Assembly (NCBI RefSeq): GCF_036321535.1
Contig: NC_087444.1
Span: forward strand, 37,200,001-37,264,000
From: Camelus dromedarius
Taxonomy: Eukaryota
Direction: 5' to 3'
DNA: 64,000 bases
This document shows, one piece after another, positions 11,061 to 23,636 of the stretch (position 1 is the stretch's first letter; the number at the start of each line of letters is the position of its first letter). Below the pieces are notes generated by a model. The model saw only the letters and a list, made by a program, of their open reading frames with translations. It had not been told where the DNA came from and ran no database searches. Made by a program: the position numbers and the translations under genes.

Positions 11061-12597
11061 CAGACGTGGGCTGGGACCTGGACACCAGTAGACCTCAGCT
11101 GTTACCTGCAGCTCTGAGTTTCTCCCTTGCCAGTCTTCCCTTAGTTCCAGATGTACTCACGCTGAAAGTTTGCTACTTGGAGTGCAGGGATCACAAAGAG
11201 GTAGTCTTCCATCATCTCATGGAACTGGGTTTGGAGGGTCAGGGGGTCCTCATTGTCTCCTATGTACTCCTCCATCAACAGGTCACCCATCTCAGGAGAC
11301 AACATCTGCCCCAGGTGGATCAGGAAGAGTCAGGTTAGGCAGGCTGGCCGGGGCAGGGAGGCGGCAGGGTCAGGACTGGGGAGATGGATCCTGGGATGGG
11401 ATAAGGAATCAGGGGAAGGGGCCAAGCTCTGCAGGGGTAGTGCATGGACAGGGTATCCGGGAGATGGGCTTCCCGTGCCTTGGAAGAGGAGAGGAACCCC
11501 TCCCATGGGGGCAGGTCCCCAGAAGCCTCACTAACATTGTTGATGCTTTCTGCAAAACAGCCTTCACGGTCTCTCTGTTCATTTCCGTCTGGGTACCATA
11601 TTTGATCAAATCCTGGGTGGTGGGGGGGAGTCTCGAGTTGGAGATGGGATAGCCTGGAGCTATGAAATCCCTAGGCTCCCCCACGAAATGGGATCCCGGC
11701 ACCTAGAGGCTTGGGAATGGGCCTTACCGAGGGGATGATCCAGCCGTACTCATCGTTGTTGACACCAATGATGCTGGGGACAGGTTGAAAGTCAGCAGAG
11801 GCCAGAAGCTCCTGGGGGTGCCTGGGCAGGAAAATCCCATCCACCAGGCCAGGGATGATCTTGAAGGCCTAAGGGGCACTCAAAGTCAAGTTGCAGACAT
11901 TTTCTGATGCCACAGACATCTTCTGCCCCTTCCTTGCTCATTCCAGGATGCTCACACCCACACCAGGAGGTCCGACACCTGCGTTAGCATGGCCTGGCCT
12001 TAACTCCCCATCCAGGGCTGTGAGGACCCCAAGGTGTGGAGATAGAGTAACCTTCCCAGGGAGTATGAGGGGCACTCAGGCTTGCCTGTCCTACACCTAT
12101 GGGCCCCCTTCCTCCACACCCGCACCCATTCAGTCCAACCTTGTTGATGGCCAGAATCTCCTCTTCACTCTTGCCCCGCAGGCAGTTCATCAGGGCCTCT
12201 GAGTCAACCTGGCCACAGGCAGACAGGTTGGCCACTATCTATAAAGAGACCAGGTAGGGGCTAGCTCATCCTTCCAGGTAAGGGAGAGTGGTTATCCTGA
12301 TGCTCCAGTTGGAGGCAGGTGTACCCCAAATCTCACAGAGTATCATGAGTGGATTCCTACACTTTTGAAATTATTCTGATTTCCCTGATGCTCAGAGGTC
12401 TCAGCTAGAGGGGCCATCCCACCTGCCAAGATGGTCTGGCCCATGATGGGGGCCCCCAGGGTGTCAGTTTTGGGGGCCACAGAATGACTCAGTCTCCGTG
12501 CTGGTAGAGGTCTGTGGATTCTAAGCCTGAAACAATCCCGGGATAGACAGCTATTCCCAAGGTGCTCTGATGACAGGGGAGTCCTTGTCCCCATTTA

Positions 12598-12858
<261 letters not shown>

Positions 12859-15549
12859 CTAGACCCAGTGTAGTGCAGCCACTTGATCCAGGTAGCCCCA
12901 GTTGCCAGTTGCATGTATGTCTCCAGTGCTGCGAGGGGGCAGGGATGGCGGTCATGGAACGGTCCTGGCTTTGTCAGCCCACACTGCCCAGTCCAGCCCC
13001 AGTCTCACCTGAAGAAGCCCAGCACACCCAGGCGGTACTGGGTAACGACCACTATGACGTCCTCGAAGGCTGCCAGTGCAGACCCATCATACATGGAAGC
13101 CATGCCCATCACAAGCAAGCCACCATGGATCCACACCATCACCTGGAGAATCCAAGGCACAGATACCACGTTGCTCCCACCCAGCCCAAACCCCACCAGG
13201 GATGCTGCTTAGACTAACCACCACCTTGGCTCTGTCTGTCTAACAATGTGGACAAAACTCGATATATTCATGCCCCGGGGCTGAAAGTGACCCAAGTTCC
13301 ATCAGGAAAGCTGGGCCTCCCACACTTTGGGGTCTGTCCCATGTACCAAGGCCTGGCTCCATTTCTCCCAGAACACTCTCTGAGGTGGAAAGAAAAGGGG
13401 TGTCTCCCTGATCACCCCACATGCATATCAATTAAGGAAAGTGTTCTCTATTCTCATTGGCCCGACAGATAATCCCTGGCTGGGGTCTCTGGCCACCTCA
13501 ACGGGCAGCCCTCAGTCACCTGAGTGGGTCTCCTGTGCATGAGTTGGTTAGGTGAGTCCCGGGTCCCTCCCAGGGCCACCGTTTCTGATCTCTGGGAGCA
13601 GCCAGGGTTCTGCAACCCTGTGCCCAGGGGTCAGCCACCCATGCTGGGTAAGAAGGACTCTCTTAGATCTAATAGTAAGAAGCTTCTTAATAGGGTCCAC
13701 ACTGCAGTGGAGCCCAGGCTGATCCTGTCCTTTTTCAATTTTCTTGCAGAAAAAATGTCCTCCCACCCCTTAGCCAGCTGTGACCTGGCACTCACAGGCA
13801 GGTTGGAGCCCTCGTGGGTATGGGCAGGTGTGAAGATGTTGAGGTACAGGCAGTCTTCAGACATGGAGGTGGAAGGCAGGGTCATATTCAATACTTTCAC
13901 AAACATTGCATTCATGCTAGCCGTATCCTGCAGACACCTGGTGGCAGTGGCAGGCAGTCAGTGCTGGAGCCGTGTCATGGCCATAAACAGATCCCACCTA
14001 CCCTTGGTCCCACTTCCCTCGATACCCTGCTCGCACATGGTCCTTTCCTAAAGCCCCTTTGCACCAAGTAAGTTACAGGCCACAGGTTCTGGGGAAGCTG
14101 TCTTCTGGAGAGGCGTCAAGCTTATGAAGTCCTTGGATACCAGTCCTCCTGAGGCTGAGAAATCCTGACTCTTGGGGGTCTCTATGAGAACCATTGGTTG
14201 CATGTGTTGACACTCACCACCATATCACTGTACTCAGATAGGCCTGGAACAGGGAAGTAGCCCATATACATGTGCTGCCAGAATGAATGGATGTTAATTT
14301 CTCACAAGAAGGGGAGTGGGATGTCCCTTGTTCCAAGTCAGACTCTCAAGGAACCTCATCACTCCCATATAGTTTCCAGCTGCAAGAATATATACATGCC
14401 CCTTGGTCAATGGCACCCAGCCCTGTCAGCTGGTGCAGTGACTGTGCAGAGTGGGGGTTCCCCACTCCTCAGGGATCTACTGTATCTGCTGCTACAAGGT
14501 TCACACCTCTCCCAGAGACACCTCCTCTTGGCATAACTAGAACGTGGGGAGATGTGTATCTCTGCTCATCCCTTCAGCATGTGGAGCTAATGCTCTTTGA
14601 GTGTTAAGCCCTCAGCCTGGGAGTTACTCCACCCTTTCAAGGCTCAGCATGCTCATCAGAAAAATGCATGTGGGGATCCATCAAACTCAGAGGGAAAACT
14701 GGCTGTGGGCATTTAGATAAAATGACAATGGTGGCCTGGCCCAGAGCTCTGAGTACCTTCTATCTCCAGGGCCTAGAGTTCCCTGCACTCTCTGCTTACA
14801 TGGCCGGGTGGGAGGTCCCATCCTTTACACCACTCCAAGATTCTGGGGGCTCAGGGGGCACAAATTGCAGAGGCCCCAGAGGTGGCTTGGCAAAGGGAAT
14901 TCCCAGGAAGGTGTGGACCCTCACATCAGTGTTCTTCATGTGGACGAGACTCCCTCGCACTTGCCCTGTGTGTGTCATCCGGACAGGGCTGGTAGAGTCC
15001 TGGCCTGTGCGCAGAGAGATGGATATCAGGGTTAGGTCTCCCCCATCAGCTGCCCTCCCCAACTGTTGATATGGCTACCTCCTTCCTGTCCTCAGCTCAG
15101 TTCAAGGGACACAGGTGTACCAACATTTGCTTTGCAGATTTCCTTCCTGTATCTCTGCCCTGACCCTTGCCACTGCCTTCACTGAAAGGTGCCAGCCTTT
15201 CCCACCACACTCAGTGAGGCTCCCTGGGGCTTTGCCCCATGGTTTAGCGCCAGGAGCTTCAAACAAACAGCCACATGAGCTTGATGGGAGAGTGTCCTTT
15301 CCACTCACCGTGTGCCAGGTCCTAGGAGGCAGTAGGAGAACTGTGGGAACAGGACAGACAAGGTTCCTGCCCTTAAGGATCTCACACTCTAGGTGGAAAG
15401 AAATGACAGAGAGAGAGTATCCTCCAGAAAGTGATGTTATGAAGAGAACTACAAGGTGAAGTGCAGGTGAGTCTAGAATGTGAACAGTACAGCCCGCCCT
15501 GCTGTGGGGATCAGGGAGGCCTGAAGAGGCTGCACGTCACCTCACAGAG

Positions 15550-17210
15550 AAAGAGCTGATATTCACCATAAATAAAGAATGTCCACAAATGAATAAGAAA
15601 TATGCCAGCTGCACATATTTGGTAAAAGAATATGAAATGGAGAAAGAATATGTTCAGACAGAACAAGGAAAATAAATAAATGGCTCTTACACAAATGAGA
15701 TGTTCATCTCCCTTGTGCTAAGAGAAATGCACACTGAAATCTGTGAGGTCAACAACTTACATTGTCACAAAAAACAAGACAGTCAGATGTTGTATGTTTT
15801 CTACTGGAAGTCCACTGCACCACATATGAAGTAGTCTTTCCCCCAAACAAAGCAAAGCAAAACCTAAACTCTAAATCTGATCAAGCCTCTAGAACACAAA
15901 TACAAGTTTAGAGACATACAAGGGACAGAGAAACAGTTAAAAGACACCATAGGGAGATAAATAAGTTTATACTGTATAGCACAGGGAAATATATTCAATA
16001 TCTTGCAGTAGCTTACAGTGAAAAAGAATATGAAAATGAATATATGTATATTCATGTATGACTGAGAAATTGATACAATATTGTAAACTGACGATACCTC
16101 AATAAAAAAGTAAACATATAGATAATTTTAAATAAAATCTGATTCTATAAAATAATTTTTTAAAAAAGATACCATAGGGATGTAATCAGCAAAACCCCAA
16201 TTCTGGATCCTCTCCAGAACAGACAGACTAGTTTCTTCAACACACCAACAAAATTACAAGGAAAATAAAAGAGAGGAAGAGGAGGAATCTGAAGATTGAA
16301 AGAGATTCATGAAATACTTCAAAAAGACAATAAAAATGTTGGAAAGGACGTAGAAAAACTAGGACATTCATACATTGCTAGTGGGAAGGGAAAATGGTGC
16401 AGGTGCTTTGGAAGATATTCTGACAGTTTTTCAAAANNNNNNNNNNNNNNNNNNNNNNNNNNNNNNNNNNNNNNNNNNNNNNNNNNNNNNNNNNNNNNNN
16501 NNNNNNNNNNNNNNNNNNNNNNNNNNNNNNNNNNNNNNNNNNNNNNNNNNNNNNNNNNNNNNNNNNNNNNNNNNNNNNNNNNNNNNNNNNNNNNNNNNNN
16601 NNNNNNNNNNNNNNNNNNNNNNNNNNNNNNNNNNNNNNNNNNNNNNNNNNNNNNNNNNNNNNNNNNNNNNNNNNNNNNNNNNNNNNNNNNNNNNNNNNNN
16701 NNNNNNNNNNNNNNNNNNNNNNNNNNNNNNNNNNNNNNNNNNNNNNNNNNNNNNNNNNNNNNNNNNNNNNNNNAGACAGAAAGCAACCCATCCGCTGAGG
16801 TTGGGGCGAAAGGGGAATTGATGTGATGAACTCTGAATATACTAAAAACCACTTTAAGTGGGTGAAAGTTATGCTATGTGAATTATATCTCAAATCTGTT
16901 ATTAAAAGAAGTACATCTACCAATGTTTAAAGTATAAACCTTATTTAAATCATTGTTTTTAAAAAATCATAAATATGAGATAATATGAAATGAGAATATT
17001 TGATTAGATATTTGATTATACTAAGGAACTATGAGAGAAATATACCTTTTATTTTACTAGGACAGGATAAAAAAAAACTTACAGATGATATGATGTCTGG
17101 GATTTGCTTCAAACAAATAACGGTGCAAAGGAGAGGTGATAGTCCAGACAAAACTAAGGTGCCCAGGTATTGATATTTGTTGAAGGTAGATCATGAGTTT
17201 ATTACATTAT
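15550..17210 (+). mobile_element. Cluster of L1 fragments in CES2 intron 1, with an N-gap at 16437-16773 (337 N)
   Basis: L1 motifs (aaatgcacactgaaatc; ggaaaggacgtagaaaaactaggacattcatacattgctagtgggaa; gaattatatctcaa). Confidence 0.8.
15956..16163 (+). mobile_element. 5'-truncated younger L1 3' end with a 17-bp TSD, nested in an older repeat
   Basis: Body tatagcacagggaaatatattcaatatcttg...aaaaagaatatgaaaatgaatatatgtat...AATAAA. Flanks aaaagacaccataggga (15939-15955) and aaaagataccataggga (16164-16180), one mismatch. Confidence 0.8.
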
Positions 17211-18999
17211 CCTCTCCTCCTCAGATGGGGAGCCCTGTGGTGCTGTGTGGTCTTGGGCAGCCCTGACCCTCTCTGTGCCTCAGGGTGCAGGGAGTTATCC
17301 AGTCAGGCTCCCAATTCCCCCGGTGTTATCTCCACTGGCTCCCACCTTGCGATGCCTTTCCTCCTGCAGGCTCAGGTTCTTCCTCTGCAGAATTTGGCAG
17401 GCCTGAGCCTGGTTTCATAATAAAAAGTTTAACAAAACAAAACAAAACAAAACAAAAAAACAGGCTCAGGGAGCTATACTATCCCACACCTATCAGATCA
17501 ATGTGGATCAACATTCTTGATGCCACCTGGTGTAGGTGAAGCCAGAGTCAGCAGCTACAGGCCCCAAAGAGGGCAACTGAGCAATATCTTTCCAACTCAA
17601 AAGGCCCACCCTTCTCCCCAGTATCATATTGTCTACACAGCTCCTTATGGGATGTGATGTCTGTTCCTGTACTTCACTGTTGCCAGTGGCCTCTAATGCT
17701 TGATGTTTGTTATAGCAAAGGACAAAACCTGCTAAAATGTCCCTGATCAGAAGCTGGGTACATACAGGATGCTTTCTCTTTGAAGAGAAGCCCTTCTATT
17801 AAACAGTATGAAGAAGTTCTACCATGTGCAGGTGTGGTGAGGTCACCCCCTGTGTCAGGAAGTGGAAAAGCTAGGCACCAGAAAGGGAGGGAATTTCTGA
17901 TCATTTAGGTGAAAACCAAGGCTGCATGTACACATCTGTTCCTGGTAAACTCCTGGTCAGTGTGTGGAAGGTCCCAGAGAACTTGATGGTCCCTGTTGGA
18001 TAACACAGAACTGGATGGGACAGGAGAGGGTGAGAGCCATCACCTGTACTTATCAATTCTTTCTTTCTGAAAGTGGGTCCAATCCAACATAGCAACATTT
18101 CTAAAAGGAGGTGTCAGCGAGGCCTAGTAGATCGTGGTGCGGAAGGTTCTGGTGAACTCCTGGAGCCTGATCAGTGATGGGTAAGGGGGAAGCCCTGTGG
18201 AGTTGGCCACAGGGGATGGATTAGTGTGGACAGGCAGATTCCACTGGGAAGTGAGAGGATAGTCAGGCTGCACAGGCAGAGCCCGTTTGGATAAGAGGAT
18301 CACGCCCTTCCAAAGGGGGTACAGGAGGTGCAGACACACCCAGGCACAGTCCCCACATAGCCTAAGCTACCTATAAGGGCTGACATAAAGAACGATCACC
18401 TTTGCCCTGGAGGCCAAGGTATGCCCTCCCCCAGGGTTGGCACATAGGGTGAAGAGAAGGAGGTGCTAATCTGATAGGCTTTAGGATGGGGAGGTGGGGA
18501 GCTGGGAGGTGTGCTCCTATAGCCAGAGCCAGTAACTTGCCTGGGGTTCCTGTGGAAGGGGGCTCAGTGGGTGTCAGGACGCCCCTTTAGCCAAGGATGC
18601 AACACTCAGAGCTAAACGGCAGCAGAAAGATACTATTATTTCTGTTATTACCCAAGGGCAGCGCCAGCTCCACCACAAACACTAAGAAAGAAAGTCCCAA
18701 ATCCGCCCTTCCCTCCCAAAGACCACCAGGTGCTGCCAGAGTCCCTAGGGGCCGCTGGGCCCTCAGTGTACTGTGACCTGGGACAGCCCCTGCTCTCCAT
18801 GCGCCTCAGGGGGCGCACCCTCATTGGTCACCGTGTGTCCGGTCTGGCACACGGTTCAGGGGCTATAGCTCTCCAATGGTTCCCACCTCCTCGACGCCTG
18901 TCCTCCCGCAGCCTCGGGTCCTGACTCTGCAGAATTTGGTAAGTGCTATCCCGGTCTCTGTTGCCTTATGCGGGACCCTCACCCTGGCCCGAAACGAGA

Positions 19000-20600
19000 A
19001 GCAGGAACCTGAAGGTCACGGCGCTCAGCCACAAGCGAAGTCTGTCCAGTGGCATGGTGGGCTCACAGTCTTCTCTTTTTTGCGCTACCGGGAAGCAAGC
19101 TGCGTTTCACCGAGAGGCTCCTCGGGGGCCGGTCCAGCAGTCGATTAGTGAGTGCCCCACCAGACCCGGAGTTTGGACTGGGCAGACTGGGCAGGGAGTA
19201 GGCGGGGAAAGGTGAGTTTGGCAGGAGAGTGGGACTGAGCAGGCAAAGGCCAGTGGCAGTCACGGTCGCTTGCCCCCTGCCCAAGCCCACTTAGGCCTTC
19301 TCCGAAGGGGCCTTGTGGCTTCTGCAGCCCCTCCGCAGTATCAAGAGCCCTCTCCTCAAACCTGCGTTCACTATCCTTACAGTCAAAGGCCCGATAAGGG
19401 TGTTGGGGGGCGAGAGAGAGCAATCAGCTGTGATTGGGAAAACCAGGAGAGCTTCCCTGAGGTGCATGATCAGGATTCACAAAGACGGAGAAACAGAAAC
19501 GACCTTCGACCTTCGGTCAGAGAGAAGGGAACCGCCTGAGTAAAGGCAGGGAAGTGTGACTGCCCATCATTCCAAAAACTCCTCCTTGCTTTCAGGGATT
19601 AATTTCCTGGGTCTGCCTTCATCGCCTTACTGTTCCTGGTCCGAGGGTCTTTGCGGGCCCCCTCCCTACTAGGCAATGCCTCGTCTTTTGAAATGCACAA
19701 CGGATTGTGGCACTCATCTTAAGGACACCCTCAGCCCCATCCCGTGTCTTTCCCTCTTCCCACCTTCCGCCAAAATCGAGTTCACGTTCACTTATTCATT
19801 TGACAAAAACTGAAAGAATGACTGCTGGTCCGCGCGCTAGGGGCCAGGAGAGCACTCCTGGACCAAAGTTGCAGCAGGGGCTGCAGGTGCGTCACCGTGA
19901 AGTCGCGAAACTCAGTGAGCCGTGCCAGGAGAGGCAACTCTGGGCAAGGGAGCGCCCGCCCAGCCTAAGGGGCAGAATTCCCGGGGGAAGTTATGCCTGA
20001 AGGAAGATACGCCAGGCTCAATCTCAGACGGGTCTTCAGTGTCCCAGCCTTGGCCTCCGCCGTCCAGCACGCTACGGGCTCACACACGGGGTCTCTTCTC
20101 CGTGCCTTTGCTGGAGTGCTCCGCATTTTCCCAGGTCTGCGCAGAAAATGAGCATAGGTCACTCTTCCACTCAAACCTCAGGCGGAGTACCGGCAGCGCA
20201 GCGTGTCCCTCGCCTTAACCCGTCGCCACGCCACGCCCCTCCTCGTTCCCCGGAAGTGCGCAGGCAGGAGCGGAAGTACACGCCTACAGTAGCCCGCCGC
20301 GGTTCCGCAATGGTGGGCGGCAGTGGGATGGGGGGCGGCCTCTTGGAGAACGCTAACCCCCTCATCTACGAGCGCTCTGGGGAGCGGCCAGTGACCGCGG
20401 GCGAGGAGGACGAGCAGGTTCCAGACAGCATCGACGCCCGCGAGATCTTCGATATCCGTCGCAGCGGGGCGCGGGCGGGTTCGCGGGGGCCTGGGAGGGG
20501 GGATGAAGTGATTCCAGTAGTCGGTGGAGCAGTATCAGGGCCAGGCTTTCCCGGCGGAGGGTTGTGAGTGGACAGAGGCGCAGAGTCCCCTTTCCTTCAC
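19000..20600. promoter_or_regulatory. Head-to-head CES2/CIAO2B promoter region, CpG-rich
   Basis: ATGs at 19055 (-) and 20310 (+) are 1.25 kb apart. CpG-dense from about 19830 to 20570. ETS-type CCGGAAGT at about 20250 and CGGAAGT at about 20271. Confidence 0.8.
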
Positions 20601-21141
20601 TTGCCACATCTGATTCGCTGCATCAATGACCCGGAGCATCCACTTACGCTAGAAGAATTGAACGTAGTAGAGCAAGTCCGGGTTCAGGTGAGTCACTTCC
20701 AGCGTCCAAGGGGAGCAGCTTCTTCGGGAGAGTCAGAAAAGTTCAGCTGTGCACCACGGGGCTGGCGTTCTCTCAGTTCATGGACTCCTCAGGGAATCTT
20801 TGAAGGATGGGGGGAGTGTGCGTCTGCCCATTTCATGGATGAGGAAACAGGCCCATACCGGTTAGACAACTTGCCTGAAGTAACAAACTAAGAAGAGGAG
20901 CTCTGGGCTAGGCAGATCATGACTCCTAATATCCTATTCTCCCAATCAGGTGAGCGACCCCGAGAGCACAGTGGCCGTGGCCTTCACACCCACCATTCCA
21001 CACTGCAGTATGGCCACCCTTATTGGCCTGTCCATCAAAGTCAAGCTTCTGCGATCCCTTCCCCAGCGTTTTAAGGTAAGTTGGAACTGAGCCCTGGGGG
21101 TGGGGCAAGCGTGTCTGCTACTGCAGAGGGTATGGAGGACC

Positions 21142-21200
<59 letters not shown>

Positions 21201-22117
21201 GAGACCTAGAAGGATCCCAGCTAGCAGCGATGAAACTGGGAGGAGACTTTCAAATGGGTGGGACAAGAATAAAGGCCTCGGCTGGAAAGTGCAGAAGAGT
21301 AGTGAGGAGGCAGGAAGGGCAGTAGGGAGCTGTAGATAGGTTTGTAGCAGGGATAGGGTGCAGGCAGGCCTTTAAGTCAGCAGCAGTTGGCCAGTCCTTT
21401 GGGTAGAGTTGGAGAGGCTGTGGGTGGGTTTGGGGTGTAATGGAAGTGCCAGAGTCCAGAGGCATGAGTAGGACAAGGGATCAGCTGCAGGTGGTGAGTG
21501 GGGATTGGGGAAAACGGTGGGTAGACAGGTGTGTGAGTGCTCAGGCCCCACCTGTCTCCCTCCCAGATGGATGTGCACATAACACCAGGGACCCATGCCT
21601 CGGAGCATGCAGGTAGGTGTGGGCTGATGTTGAGGCACTGGCCTTGAGGCTTCCCCCTTGCCGTGGTGGTTTGTAGGGTAAGATGGAGGGGAGGGGGTGT
21701 AGCACTAGGTAGGTGACTCCTCAGTGTGGGTAGGACCCTAGATCGAAGCTGCACTGACTTGAGTCTCCTGTGTTTATCATGTTCTCCCACTCCTGCCCTC
21801 TCCCTCTCCTAAATACTCAAGACCAGGGTTTGTCAGGTTTATAGTATAGGAGGCAGACTTGAGTGGCCAGGTGGGAGGGGTCACAAGAAGGTGGGATGGG
21901 TGTTGGCTCAGGTGGTTGGGGTAGCCTGATCAAGGCTTGGGGTCCTGGGAAGGAGGTGATAGGAGAGCTTTGTTGGTGGGGGTATAAATGTATTTCACCA
22001 CTCTCTCCTTTCCACCCAGTGAACAAGCAGCTTGCAGATAAAGAGCGGGTGGCAGCTGCCCTGGAGAACACCCACCTGCTGGAGGTTGTGAACCAGTGCC
22101 TGTCAGCCCGCTCCTGA
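20310..22117 (+). CDS. CIAO2B: Cytosolic iron-sulfur assembly component 2B (FAM96B/MIP18), 5 exons, 163 aa, intact
   Basis: Exons 20310-20451, 20608-20687, 20950-21075, 21567-21612, 22020-22117 total 492 nt. Reads MVGG...[10 protein letters not shown]...[21 protein letters not shown]...[16 protein letters not shown]...[16 protein letters not shown]...CLSARS*. Confidence 0.97.
20452..20607 (+). other. U12-type (minor spliceosome) AT-AC intron, 156 nt
   Basis: 5' ATATCCGT, branch-like TTCCTTCAC at 20592-20600, 3' ..GCCAC. Only these boundaries restore the frame IF-D-LIR. Confidence 0.9.
21145..21194. repeat. (AT)n microsatellite in CIAO2B intron 3
   Basis: About 25 perfect AT units. Confidence 0.98.
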
Positions 22118-22200
22118 GCCTGGATTTTTGCCCCCAGCCTCACGCAGGGCTCATAGCCTTGTTTTCTTGAATCACTGACAATAAGAAACTAACATTTGGC

Positions 22201-22206
22201 AATAAA
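22201..22206 (+). terminator. CIAO2B polyadenylation signal
   Basis: First AATAAA after the stop codon, 84 nt downstream. Confidence 0.75.
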
Positions 22207-22329
22207 CCGTTAATTTATGTTCATTTCCCAGCATGCCTGAGAGTCTTTCATCTTGGTGGGGTGACTCTGGGTTTGGGGGTGGGAGTGGTAGTAAGTGCCT
22301 GTACTGGCTGGGTGGATGAAGTACCATTC

Positions 22330-23040
22330 ATTTTTAAGATTTCTCCTAATGGTTTGGTTAGGAAAAGTTGTAAGTATGTCAAAAAGTTGAGAGAATAATG
22401 TAGTGAACAACCTGTATTTAACAGTTAACATGTTGCAACATTGGCTTTATTATGTGTGTAGAATATAAGTATGAGAGTAGGCTGCAGACACATGACCCTT
22501 CACTTATAAGTACTTCATCCTTTGTCTCCTGAGAATACGCCTGTAATCACAGTAATGTTATCTGGCCCCAAAATGAACAATTTTCTGACACTAATACCTA
22601 ATATCCAGTCATATATGAATTTCCCCAAAATGTCATTCAGAGTTGTTTTTTTCTACCTAGGCTCTAGTCAAGGTTCATGTATTTGGTTGTCATCTCTCTT
22701 TAGCCTCTTCTAGAACTGTCTCCCCTCCCCCAATCTTTTTCCCTTTCTTGACACTATTTTGAAAAGCCCAGGTGAGTTGTTCTGGAGAGTCCCACAGTCT
22801 GATTTGTTCCTTTGCCTGCTGTGTTTCCTGTAAACTAGGAGTTGATTGTGTTCAGGTTTGAGTTTATTAATGAGAACCTTGCCCAGGAGTGTTATTTGTA
22901 TCCTTAGCATCCACCAGTAGCTGTGTGATGTCAACCTGTCCCCACTGTTGGTGATGCTCAGTCTGGTTCCCTGGTCAGGGCAGTGACAGCAGACTTCTCT
23001 GTTGACAGCAACCTGAAGCACTCTGTCCACTAGCACCCCT
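22330..23040 (-). mobile_element. Old L1-like repeat fragment (L1M-type)
   Basis: tgtcaaaaagttgagagaataatgtagtgaac...ttcccc...cattcagagttg...gtgtgatgtcaacctgtccc. Family not resolvable by eye. Confidence 0.55.
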
Positions 23041-23377
23041 AGAGGTGTGCATCACCCCTGGTGCTCAGGTCTGGGGCGTCTGCCTCCCTCCACACAGTTG
23101 GTCACCAGGACAGACTGAGGGGCTTAGACTTTGGATCAGCCAGTTAGGAGTTATAATGTCAGGATTCTCCGCCTCAATTTCTTTCTCTGAGGATAAATGG
23201 GGATATTAAGACTTGCTGTGCCCATCTCATGGGGAGAGACCTTGAGAGGCCTCAGCAGGGAGCCTGGGCATTTGGCAAATCTGTTCTTGAGAGCATAATG
23301 ACAATATTGAGCCAGTCTTGAGAATGGGCATTAGTGGAAGGCTTTATATATATTACCTCGTTGGTCAACTCTCAACC

Positions 23378-23495
23378 TGGGGGAGAAGGGTATAGCTTAA
23401 GTGATAGAGCACATGCTTAGCATGCACAAGGTCCTGGGTTCAATCCCCAGTACCTCCATTAAATAAATAAGCCTAATTACTTCCCTCCGTCCCCC
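23378..23495 (+). mobile_element. tRNA-derived SINE (camelid type)
   Basis: gggggagaagggtatagcttaagtgatagagcacatgcttagcatgcacaaggtcctgggttcaatccccagtacctccattaaataaataagcctaattac; same family as 6317-6407. Confidence 0.92.
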
Positions 23496-23636
23496 CAAAA
23501 ATCCTCAATCCAGCCCTGTGCAGCAGTTGCTATTCCTTACTGGTGAGGAAACAAGCTTCTAGATCAACTAATTTATTCCCCAAGACCTCCAGTTAAGGAA
23601 TAGAGGAACCTAAGCAGTTCAGCAGGTATTGCTCAG

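Noticed and set aside
16296-16923. Long ORFs spanning N-runs (also 6391-6669 and 7570-7944)
   Set aside because: Their length comes from untranslatable N, inside L1 fragments.
19063-19290. 75-aa ORF upstream of CES2 as a long N-terminal isoform
   Set aside because: Non-ATG start, and it stops at 19063 before the CES2 ATG, so no extension can be made.
23378-23460. tRNA-like sequence with A and B boxes (also 6317-6407)
   Set aside because: No complete acceptor stem, an A-rich tail, and a TSD on one copy: these are SINEs, not tRNA genes.
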